This document shows, piece after piece, positions 39,411 to 51,239 of a stretch of DNA of 64,000 bases; positions within the stretch are counted from its first letter, which is position 1; each line of letters begins with the position of its first letter. This DNA comes from Sphagnum compactum (taxonomy: Eukaryota). The translations under genes were made by a program, and so were the position numbers. Location: assembly GCA_965153455.1 (NCBI GenBank), contig OZ234493.1, positions 11,274,213-11,338,212 on the forward strand, in the 5' to 3' direction. A model generated the notes under the pieces. It was not told where the DNA came from. It saw nothing but the letters and a program-made list of their open reading frames with translations, and searched no databases.

Positions 39411-40505
39411 CCTAGATAAACACTCTGGGAACACTAAGGAGAACAACAACTGGACAAGAAGAACAACAGCTCGCTCTGTGCAGAATGTTAAAGTCTAAAA
39501 GCAGTTGAAGACAACCCTCTAGGAGAGAGGTTGCAAAGAACAAGGTAGTAGTAGTTGTTAAGAAGTGGAGCAGGGAAGTGGCACTTTAATCCTAATGGAA
39601 ATCTCCCACCCCACCACACTCACACAAGTAACAATACACTTTGCAACAGCAGCTCCATGAATGCCTAGTGATTTTAGCCTTCCACAAATGAGTTACAAAC
39701 ACGGGCTTTTTGAATTCTTGTGCACTTGCAAATCAAAGCACAGCTAGGAGACAGTATGCAAATTGTATATACCCAAGCAACAGATTCATTGATTGGTACC
39801 AAGTGATCAATAAACTCAAATAAATTAGCAGTAAATCCCTGATCCAACTAGGATTCAGGTTGAGGTCATAATTGAAAGTGCTCTACTTTGTTGAGAGTCA
39901 CAGGTAGTTGTTTTCATACAAGATGCTATCCACCAGTCAGAACAGCACTTCCCCATGTAAGCAACTTGCTTCCACCATGAAACACACAAATGACCTCTGG
40001 AACTGCATAAACAGTTCACTTGATAACACTTGGGGGTGTCTTCCTTCTCCCTTCAAACACCTATCCACCCAGGCATCAATAACCTTTGAGCTGTTTGCTT
40101 CAATCTGCAGTCATGACCAGGCATCAAAGCTTCACATGAGAATTCCTGGAGTCTCCTCTGAAACTCCTCTGGTCAGCAAGTAACGACATTCTGGACATAA
40201 CTGGAGGCAATGCATTTGTTTGAGTTGGCTATAAGCAGAAGAGTTGTGGTCCGACAGGCAAGAAATATAGCACCATATCTTGAGTTACTTCAGCAGCAGC
40301 AGAAGATGCCAAATTATGACACTCGGACCTGAAGATATGACCATGTGTGTCACATATTTAGCCCTTAGACTTGGCACCACAACCCCATCCACATCTAGGA
40401 GGAAAACCAAAGGATCAACATCCAAATTCATTCAGTTGCTGTATGTACCTAGCACTTGCAAAACTGCTGCTGTACATGTGATCCTTCACCAGAATTTCAA
40501 TCATG

Positions 40506-43500
40506 TCAGGATGAAGGAACTGTTTGTGTGGGTTCATGCACACGGCGCCGTGGACCCTGCAAACCCCATATCCAAGTTCTGGCCTTTGAAGACTCAAACA
40601 TCGGATGATCTGCCTCACACTCTTCAGCTTCCCCCACTTCCCCACTCTGCATCAGTTGGAATGTAGATGTTTGGGGCTCTTCTTCTTTAAGCCCCTGCTT
40701 TGACTTTACAAGCATTATGCTGGTCTTCAGAGTATTTTTCATTTGCACACAACCATCCAAAGCACCATGTCCCTCATGGGAATTACAGTTGAGGATTTTC
40801 CCAGCACCTAACGGAGCATAAATTCCATCCTCCTTCATTAAGATCAGTGCAGTTGGTGCTGCTGCAGAGTTTGATGCTCCTTCTGGGACCAAATGCTCCT
40901 CTCCTGACACCTTAAGAGCAGGGCTTTTACTGTGCATAGGGCTTGTGATGCAGGAAGATAGAGTGCTCTCTGTGAGGTGTGAGGTTCCATCAACTTCTGT
41001 ATCAGTATTGCAGGCTTTCACCTGCAATGGAACCACCTGAAACAAACAAGTCTGTTAACCTCTTGACCACTTTGCAATCTAGTACTAACAAAATGACCAA
41101 TCCCAAGCCCAGGTGAAATTCACCTATGTTTGCTTACTTTAATCCTACTCCATCTTTCCTGAGCTCATGCATGTTCCTGCAAACAAACAGCATAACAAAG
41201 GCACATCCACACCCTGCATACTAGCTCAATCAAGTACCTGCACCAAGTCAATATTGCCCCCATTTTACTGAAATCTTTGGAAGAACAACTTATTTAGATT
41301 CATCAGGGGGCAATGAAGTAGATGCTGTGACAGGAATTACCTCTCCTGTGGCCTGCATGCCAGTCTTTGGCTCTGAGGATTGGGGGTCCAATGAGTCTTG
41401 CTCAGGCTGTGGGCTAATAGTAGCTTGAGCGCATTCTGATTGATCCCACTGTCCAGCAACATAGTGTTTCAACATTTCCCAGTCCTTCCTAGCCAGATGT
41501 TGTGATTTGCTCTTCTTTGCAAGGAAGGTATCATCTGCCAGAGCAATCTCAAACAAGTATGGTTAGAACCACACTTGCAGGAATATGGGCACAGTAACAA
41601 CAGCTTCATTTTTCAGGTCTAATGTCTAATCGCAACATATGTGCCTTTGTGGTGCTGCTTTGCTTACCTCACTCCCTTGACAAAGATCCCCTTTTCAAAC
41701 ATAAATACAGAATGAATGCGGGTTCAGAAGTTTACCATGGGCAAGCTCAAGCTCCATAGGCCTTTTCTGAACAGGACTTCGAGCATCCTTTTTCAGGCCA
41801 CTACCAGCCACTAAACTTTTCACATGGGATTGCAGCCGATTCTGCCACACTCGTAGACCTTGATCAGCCCCTGGAATGTCAGTGGAACCATCAAGCATGT
41901 TCTGCTTGAGGTCCTCAATTCCTCCAGTTTCATCATCAACTGGAACCACTTTATCTTCCTCAACATCCCTAATGCCTGTCTGCTCCTGCTTATTACCATC
42001 ACTCTCATTGGTTCCCTCAGGAACTGTCAAGGGACACAGCTTATGGAATGAGATTTCAGCTGAATTGGGTTCAACTGGACATGTTCCATTTGAGCCCATT
42101 ACCACCTTCGCATTGAAGTGCTGAATCCATGGGCTAGCAAACACTGCAGGGGTAGAGGGAATTGCTGGCTCCAGTGTATGAGGCTTGTAGAATGCTCTCT
42201 GCTGGTAGCACCCTCCCTGCAACAACTCAAAGAACTGCAACACAAAAACAATGCTGTAAATATTTACGAGGCAATCAGAATAAACTTAAACCTAGGGTGA
42301 GCCATGCATAAAGGAAGAAAATGCTTATAAACTAATCCAAAAAAAACAATCCAGATAGAGGATCAGAAACCCACCTCAATTGAATTGGATGTGCAGCAAT
42401 CAAATGTGCTCATGAAATCTGAATCAGCACAATCTTCTTCTGCATCATCAACAGGCTGTGAATATTTAGATCCATACATATTTCTCACAAACATGGCTTC
42501 CATGGAATTCAGATATGAGCTATGCTTGTCATCTGTCCAAGCTGTCGCTGCAGAGCGACCTTCTTTTGCAATCTGCAAAGCACAACAGACTACAGCTCAG
42601 TATCTGAAGGAATAGAGAGTAGAACAAAAATCTCATACTGCCACTCTGGAGGAAACAACCTCACACACTGATACACAAACATCTGTCCCGAGTTTTTTTT
42701 TTCTGTAGCAGATCTGGAAGCAACAGTTGAAGACTGAGCCGTGATGTCGCCTAGCACTCAAGATACATAGTTTATCAAAAACCCTAAAATAGTATCCTTG
42801 GCTGAAAGACACCAATTCTACCTTCCTCTATTGCAAAAGGGATGTAGATAGTCGTTGAAACAAATTAAGATCTTTGGTTTCTTGTCACATGCTCCAAGAT
42901 TCGGCAGTATTCGAGACAAGAATTTGAGAAACAAAACTCATGACCAATAAAACCGATATCATTGAAGTGCACGAGAACGATCAAGAGGACAGAATGCTGT
43001 TGAATTTCAGCTTTCATGATGTATCTAGGGATTTATCCAATAGCCTACCGCATATTCATCATCAGCGTGTTCTAGCTCCTCGTTTCGGACTTCCTGCGCA
43101 GATACTTCCACCTCGCTCCATTCGCTCTCATCGCCTCTCTCTTCTGGCATAGAAGAACAGCCTTCTTCTTCGTTCACGTCCTGCCCTCCTGCAGCCGCCT
43201 TTCCCGTGGAAAAACCATGTGAACTCCTCGCAAACATCTGCTGTTTTTCGGACACCATCCCGGAGTCCGCATCAGACAACTCGCTACTAGAAACCAAAGA
43301 TCCGCCGCCCCCGTAGTATTCTGCTGACGACTCCATCTCCTTCGCAAACAAGCTTTCCGACTTGTGATTCGAAACACTGGTCGACCTTTTCGGATCTGCT
43401 GAGCATGTACGCGAAGCTGCCTTTGCCGACATTGTCGCAGCTTGATTATCACGGTCGCAAGCCGTTGCTCCCGCTGTTTCCATGTCACCTGGATGTTGCT

Positions 43501-43525
43501 GCTGCTGTTCTATTTCTTCTTCCAT
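40506..43525 (-). CDS. COR27/COR28-family (cold-regulated, clock-associated) protein with long low-complexity extensions. Predicted exons 43525-43049, 42572-42375, 42234-41736, 41534-41341, 41036 (or 41021)-40506
   Basis: Motif AWTDDKHSSYLNSMEAMFVRNMY matches the WTDEKH..YL.SMEASFV..LY block of COR27/28. Further family-like blocks are FELLQGGCYQ and SPWIQHF. Splice phases are consistent. The 3' exons are less certain. Confidence 0.72.
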
Positions 43526-44497
43526 GTTCCCCTCTTCCTCGTCTCGAGCCTCACGTGGTCGCAGTTGCGAGAAACGCCAGCTATAGCCAGTATTGGAATG
43601 CTAGCGGCAAAAAGAAAGAGAAGACCCTATATTCCCAGTGCCAAAGCATGCTACCGAGCTTTCTTTCGACGTTCCACAGATATATAATTGCTTGCGCCAG
43701 ACAAGCCTTCTTGTCTCCCTTCGCTCGCTTTGATACAAGTTCCACGGAAAGAAGAAGACAGACCTATAAGGAAAACGAGGAGCCGCAAGCTTCCGTTTCC
43801 CCTAGCTTCTTCTCCGGACACCGGCCTCGGTTGTTCCTCGACCGATAACAATCCATCTCCAATTCCTCGACGGAAATATCAAGACCATCGGCAAATCTGT
43901 CTCCCTTGTTTCCTCTTTTTGGGGCAAAGAAACACAGGATTCACTTTGCAGAATCATCAGCATCATGCAGAATAGGTACTCCCGGGGGGGGGGGGGGGAA
44001 CACTACTCTCTCTCTCTCTTCTCTCTCTCTCTCGCAATCCAAGAAGATTTGTACACGAATGGAATGAGGGACTAGGACTCGAAAGACGCGCAAAGAAAGC
44101 TTGAAACCCCGTGAAAACAGGAGACGTACATACGAAATCGCATAACTTTCTCCAGGGAGCATCAAAACACACGCTACTGGGATCAATCGGCAGACAATCG
44201 CGAGATGAAAGCAAATCCGACAAAATAAACTGGAGCGACTGAGCAGGGAAGACTCTCAGAAACGCTCAAGAGAAGCGGAGGTCAGAATCTCTTGCGCTTG
44301 CTCCTCACCCGTCTCCCGCGTGCGCTTGTCTGAATGCAACAAGAAGACGACGACGACAACGGGTTGGTCACCCCCGCCCGGCCCGGCCCGGCCCGGCCCG
44401 CCCCACCCGAGGTGTCAAAACATGCATGGGAGGAGCCAAAAAAGAAACGACATCCGAGGTGACAAAAACCAGTCACCGGCTGTAGGCGGTAGGGAGG

Positions 44498-44603
44498 AGA
44501 TATTTATTTTCGCGGCCGTTTTGGCTTTCGGAAGGAGTAAGGAGCGGGTGAGAATTGACGACTGGTGATGGACGGTGACAGACACCGGTGGAAACGACGT
44601 GGC
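44498..44603 (-). promoter_or_regulatory. Evening-element-like motif (AAATATCT) and ABRE (ACGTGGC) upstream of the COR27-like gene
   Basis: AGATATTT at 44498-44505 and ACGTGGC at 44597-44603, in a GC-rich promoter-like segment. Confidence 0.5.
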
Positions 44604-44879
44604 GGTGAGCCCGAGACTGCAGCACATGCGATGTACTTTAGGGGGAGTTATGGACGAATGAGAGCGGTCGGAAATCGCGATTCAACCAATAGCCATCAGC
44701 CAACTGGCAGTAGATTGTTGCCGGTCGTTTTTTTTTTTTTTTTTTTGGGGGTCTACTCAGCATGGACTTTTAGTGACTTTCTTTGCCACATGTCTTGGCT
44801 GACTCAGCGATCATTTGAGATTTTCCTCCACTTTTTTCAAAAGCCTCTCTCTTCTTTCCCATCTCCATTTATTTTCAAT

Positions 44880-45510
44880 TAGGTAATAATAATAGGTCTA
44901 ATTTTTATATGAGGATTTTTGAAAGATGATATTTTGGCTTTTGTTGAAACTTGAGATTATTAGTTATAGAGTTATAATAATATCTTGAAGGATTTTTGGT
45001 TTTTTTTTTTAGAGGATTTTTTTAAGATTATATTTTTGCATGGTGAAATATTTGAATTTTTATAATTCTTCTTTTGCCTTAAAATACACTTTTAATGTAA
45101 ATGGGCAAGGCCACAATGTGACACACCCCTTCTTGTTCTTGCCTACCAAGAAGGCAAGAAGGATATTGTGTTTAGATTCATAATAGAGTATAGTAGCTTA
45201 AGGGATTTTTATAGGCCCCTAGGTAATACTAATAATAACAATAATAGGTCTATTTATTTTATTATGAGGATTTTTGGAAGATGATATATGTTTTGGCTTG
45301 TGTTGAAACTTGAGATTATTAGTTATAGAGCTATATAATATCTTGAAGGATTTTGGTTTTTTTTTTTTTTTTGGAGGATTTTTTTTGAAGATTATATTTT
45401 TGCATGGTGAAATATTTGAGTTTTCATCATAATTCTTCTTTTGCCTTAAGATTCTTTCTTTTAATGTAAATGGCAAGGCCACAGTGTGACACGGCCCTTC
45501 TTGTTCTACT
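44880..45510 (+). repeat. Approximately 270-340-bp tandem duplication, with a third diverged copy at about 49718-49950
   Basis: AATAGGTCTA...GAGGATTTTT...GAAACTTGAGATTATTAGTTATAGAG...GCAAGGCCACA.TGTGACAC occurs at about 44890, 45245 and (diverged) 49755. Confidence 0.88.
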
Positions 45511-46178
45511 TCTCATTGTTGCACATTTGAGTCAAAACAGATTGTTAGCACGGTGGAAGGGTTCTTCACAACGTTTGTGATAAAAGTACATTAGAAAGAA
45601 AGACAGGGTGAAACTCAGAAAATCATCAATTTTTATTTGGATGGGTATTCTGAGTTACACCGTCTTTCTTTTTTCCTGAATGCCTCCACTGCTGCTGCTA
45701 CATATATTTTCACTGCTCCTACATGTACAACTACTTTCATAATTCTTTTCAAACCTTGTGCATTAAATGCTGAGTTTTAGCATTTCATACCAAGTTTCAA
45801 TAGAATTTCATTACTTTACGGATACAACTAAAAGAGGGGTTAGGGGGGGGAGAATAGTTACAAAATCCTTTCTGAACTGACTTTAAAAAAAACCACAATG
45901 AGATATCATCAAAGTGCAAAGCAAGTTAGTCACTCTTGGAATCATGTCAAAGGAAAAGAATTTGGAAAGCTTGTAAAACAGGTATGTATACAATCCTCAT
46001 GGAAGAAGAGGTTGGTGACAAAATTCAAGTGTCAACATCCATCTTTGTATATATGCTTACTAATTTCCATGAACTAACAAGCTAGTCATCATGCCCTTTT
46101 TGTTCTCCAAAGTAATAAAAGGCATAATCAACAAATGGAACTTTGGAACCCTAAACTTTGGAGAACAAAAAGGGCATG

Positions 46179-46207
46179 AAACCCTAAACCCTAACCCTAA
46201 ACCCTAA
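46179..46207. repeat. Interstitial plant telomeric repeat (CCCTAAA)n, about 4 units
   Basis: AAACCCTAAACCCTAACCCTAAACCCTAA read directly. Confidence 0.85.
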
Positions 46208-49170
46208 GATGTTAAAAAAACCTCGTTTCAAAATAAATAAATAAAATGAAAATGAAAAATAAACTATTTCAAATTTCTGGAAATTGAACAAGAATGCGAA
46301 TTCGATGTTCAATGCATGTGTGAATGGGTTGTCCCATGGTGAGGGGGTCATTGAACATCTTCAAAAGCATGTACTACTGGTAGTAGTACCTTGGTAGCTT
46401 CAACACTAATTATATTTGCTTTCAGAAATGTTAAAATTTTCACTCAAAAAAGCTTTTTTTTTTTTTTAAGAAAAGAAAATTTGTGAAGGAAAATTAAAGA
46501 GTTTTTTTGGAATATTATTTCTAAAATGGAATCTTCAAAATAAAAATTAAAAATAAAATAATTATTTGACACTTAAATGTTGAACTTGGCAATGCTACTA
46601 CAGTATGATGCAACCCTCTCCATAAAGTCCCAAACATTGCTTTTGATCCTAAACATCTTTGGCCTAGTTTTTGCATTTCATTATAATTGGAATGAATGAA
46701 ACGCAAAAGTCTAGTGGATGATTCCACCAACATTATATGGATGAACCTTTTTTGTGGACAGAACCATTCATGTACAAAGCAGTGTTGGGCGGGTATTTTA
46801 TTTTACTAATAATAATAAATAATCGCCGAACTTGGAATTTATTCAGAGTTAGAAGAGGACCAATTGGTTTCTTTTTTCTTTTCTTTTTTTTAAATTTGGG
46901 GACAAAAATAATAATCAGTTCAGGCTACTTTGAAAACCTCAAAGACCCACTCTGATTACACCTTTTTATGTGTAAGGTTCCCACTCTGATTTTTTAAATA
47001 AATAAATAAATAAATGAATACATACATAAAATAAAATAAAATAAAGTAAAGTAAAATAATTGGTTGATGAAGAAAGGAAAAGATGGATGAAAATTTGTTT
47101 AGAAATGAAGTCATTTTTGGGGTTTACAATTGCCATTAAGTTTTTCTAAAAAGGGGAAAACTACCAGATTTGATAGCCAGAAATATAGAAGGATGATTAA
47201 AACTTTTGTGTTTCATATCTGGTTTATAGCCATATTTGGCTAAATCCTCTTAAGGATAATCATCATTTTTTTGGCATCTTTCTGTGGACCATCACCATTG
47301 ATGCTGCATAAAAGAAATTAATTCCTAAAAGAACACTTCTCAAACATGAAATGCCACCCCAGTGCTACATACCAGACTAGCCTTTTCTTTTTTTTCTTTG
47401 GCAAAATTTTGCAGTAATTGTGAATGTTTTTGTGGCAAATGTTTTTTTTTTTTTTTCCAAAAAATTGGTAATTTTTCAATTTTGGTTTAAACCTTTTTAG
47501 GGTCACCAGATTTCTATTCATGGTTCAAGTGGGTAGCCAAAAATATATAACAATGTTTATTTTCTTTTCCCTTTTATATTTTTTGAATAGCCAAAATTGG
47601 CTAAGTTAGCTTATGGATGATTGTCACCTTGGCTACATCACAAAATTGAGGGAAAAAAAAAAAAAAAAAACCAAGAACTCTGTAGCATATCATGATTCTA
47701 CTTCTTAGAAAATGGTGCCTTCACTTAAGAAATTAATTAAGAAAAAAATGAGGGGAAAAAAAAAGGTTAAAATCTCTAGATTTTTTTTTTAAATACTTGG
47801 TTTACAATGTGTAGCCAGAATATAGAAGGATGATTAAAGATATTTTAATTTTCATATTTGGTTTATATCCAGATTTGGCTAAACCTTCCGGGTTTGGCAA
47901 TATTTTGGGTGGTGGTGGAAAATCCTCAAGGCAATCTAATATTTTTCTGTATCCAGAATGATTCAAATTATCCGGAAAGTCACCCTGTCTTTGGCCCCTA
48001 GTTTGAGCCTGTAAGCCCCTAGGGTTCATCCCCAATTTGAGAGTCTCCCCGAAAGTGAACAAAATGGGGGTATGAAATTGGGTATCAATTCAAGAAGACT
48101 CGCAGCAGCAAGATTGTGTGTTTGACTGACCATTGTTGGGCGGGAATTCGGTTTTATACTCTTCTTTTATTTTCAAACTGAGATCTTTTTTGGTCCTTAG
48201 TTTCATACCCAGTTTCAACAAACTATGATAGTTGGAACTGGGACCCACTAACCACCCTATTTGGGGTACCAGGGGGGGCCCACTAACCGCCCTATTTGGG
48301 GCTATTTTCTGGACCTAACTTGGATTTGGGGAGAAACAAATCCTTTTATATATATATATTTTTTAATTTATTTAATTTATTTATTTTTGTATTTTTTTTT
48401 AATATTTTTTTTTGGGGGGTCCCAACAAATGGAATGGGTAGGTCCCCTTTTGAATGTTGATATACTCCACTTGTATTTGTAAATGCTATTGATTTGTTGG
48501 TGTTGGGGAGTTTTTGATTTTTCTCTCTTTGTCAAGATAGATGTCACTAGGTGGTAGGCTAGCCTCTACTTCCCCCCACTCAAGCACAAGCATTCCTTTG
48601 GATACTTTAAGCACTCGAGGACAAAGTGTTATCTGAAATGGTAGTGTGAAATCTCAGGCCTTCTTTGCAATTTGTCCTTTTTGTCAACAAATAGGGATTT
48701 ACTTTGGAAATCAAAAGGTTCCGAGCATCTTGCTCATCCCCACACCTGGGCAACAATCCCCTTTTTTTTGGGCATGGAATGGATGTAAACCTCGTAACTT
48801 TGTTTACAAGGGAGAAAACAACAAAAAGAAAGGAGACCAAATCGTGATGAAACCCTACCAATCGTAAATAAACCAAAGTACCCTATAAAAAAAAAAGTGG
48901 GGGGCAGGAGGTGGTAACAAGGAACAAAATGGAAGGACTCACCTCCAAGAAGACAAAAGAACCACCTAAGAGGGCGAACTACAAGGGGAACATCAAGTTC
49001 CTAAACCCTCTCATGTCGTAAGAAGCATATCAAATGAAGAAAGGGAAGACCTTCTGAAAGGACGCTCAGCCTAGAAGAACTTTCACCTCTTACAATAGCA
49101 CTTTTCAAAATAGAAACCACATGTGCATGTTGTAATGCCATTGACATCGTCTGCTTATAAAATGCGTGTA

Positions 49171-49479
49171 AAATTGAGAGAAGAAGACCTCTAATGCTCT
49201 TCGCTTTTCATGTCATATTAACACATTGATAAAAAAACTTGTCCACCTACTAATGTAAACATTCAAAAACTTAAATTTGAGAGAAGAAGACCTACAGTGC
49301 TCTTTGTTTTTCATGCCATATTAACACATTGATAAAAAAACTTGTCCACCTACTAATGTAGACATTCAAAAACTTAAATTTGAGAGAAGAAGACCTCCAG
49401 TGCTCTTTGTTTTTCATGCCATATTAACACATTGATAAAAAAAACTTGTCCACCTACTAATGTAAACATTCAAAAACTT
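49171..49479. repeat. Approximately 103-bp tandem repeat, 3 copies
   Basis: Unit AAATTTGAGAGAAGAAGACCT...CATATTAACACATTGATAAAAAAACTTGTCCACCTACTAATGTAAACATTCAAAAACTT at 49171, 49273 and 49376. Confidence 0.93.
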
Positions 49480-51239
49480 CTACACCAAGTCTAATTGAAT
49501 GATGTGTAAGAAGGTATAGATTGAAGGCGAGGGCATTACCCAAATAAAGGCACCACACCAAGTGAGAGCCAAGCACAAGCCCAATTTTAGTAATGCCCTT
49601 GCCCCCATGGGCTTTACATGACATAAAAATGGATGCAAGCTTCCCAACTAAAGGCATTGGAAGGTTTGTTGTCGGCCTTGCATACCAAGGCAATGATATT
49701 GTGTTCATATTCATTATAGAATATAATAGCTAAAGGGATTTTGGCCCCTAGGCAATAGGTCTATTTTTGTATGAGGATTTTTTTTAAATGATATTTTGAC
49801 TAGTGTTCATACTCGAGATTAGTTATAGAGTTATAATATCTTGAAGGATTCTAGTTTCTTTTAGAAAAATATTGGAGTTTTCATAATTCTTCTTTTGCCT
49901 CTAGATAATATATTGGCAAGGCCACAATGTGACACACTCTTTGTTTTCTTTGCATTTGGAAGCACTTCCTTGTGTGAAAGATCTTTTCATAAAATGAAGG
50001 GACATTCCACATACAAAAGGTGATTTCACATGTGAAGTATATTTCAATATAAAAAATCTTGATGTACTTTATGTTGGGGAATGCTTGTTCACATAGGTCT
50101 TTTTGAATTTTTGAGAATATGCTTTGAACCTATGACTTTCAAATTTGAGAAGCCCCTCAAGTCGGCCTTCCCCTATACATAAAAGACTACCATGAAAACA
50201 AAGGTAGATAAATAATGGCACATTACAATGTGCTCTTGATTTATATGACAAAAATTTTAAGATGTTTTTAACAAACATGTCAAGTAATAGAGATGGTTAG
50301 GTGCATAAATGTAGCCAATGGGCTTAAACAATAGATATTGATAATTACAGTATTATTACTTGTTATATGAAGTTAATATCATGTAATGATTTTTTTATTG
50401 GCAAATTTTAGTCCATCCCCATATTAATTAAAAGGGTTCACTAGTTCTAGGTTTGAAAGTCACTCAAATTATTGTAGTTAAGGATTTGGAAAGGAGGTTC
50501 ATCAAAAGCAACATACATTGTCATCTTGTGGCCTTTGTCTATACGGTGGATGGCATGATTGTTTTTAAATGGGGTTAAAGTTTTGCATCTATGAATCAAT
50601 TTATGAAGGAGGAGTAACTTTCATTTTCAAAAAGCTTAATTGTTGGTTTCATGACATCTTTACCCTAGTCAAGAAGGAAGAGCCTCCATTTTGTATGATT
50701 TCATAGACGCATGTATATATTTTAACATGTCAATCATTGTTATCTTTAGTTGATGTGATTGGAGCTTGTTGGCAATTGCAACTTGCCTCGATTTAAATGT
50801 TGATGTGAATGTAATTTTCAAGTTTCAGAGGCTTACAGCCTAAGGGAGCACCACTCCTTTGCAAGTTTCTTTAGTAAATTTAAGAATCTTCGTGGGCATT
50901 AACAGTACATAGTTACAACTAAATATTTTGAAGTTTTTGGATTTTGCATCTTGATGATCCAAATTTTGAATCTTGAGCTTGCAATGCCTTCAATCTTTAT
51001 TTCAATTTGAGCTTATGATTCATGAATAGTAACATGTTTGAAGTTTAATATTAAGCTTGTCACTTGCAATTCATAATGAACCATGTACACATTTGGGGTT
51101 ATCCATATTTTTGAATGGAAACATAGGGAAATGTACATTGGATGCATAAGTTGTTAATTATCAAAATGCAAAAAAATTAGCTAGTGTTGAAATTTAACTT
51201 TCAAAAGACCAAAAGTGAGCCACAAAACCATGCTTTCAC

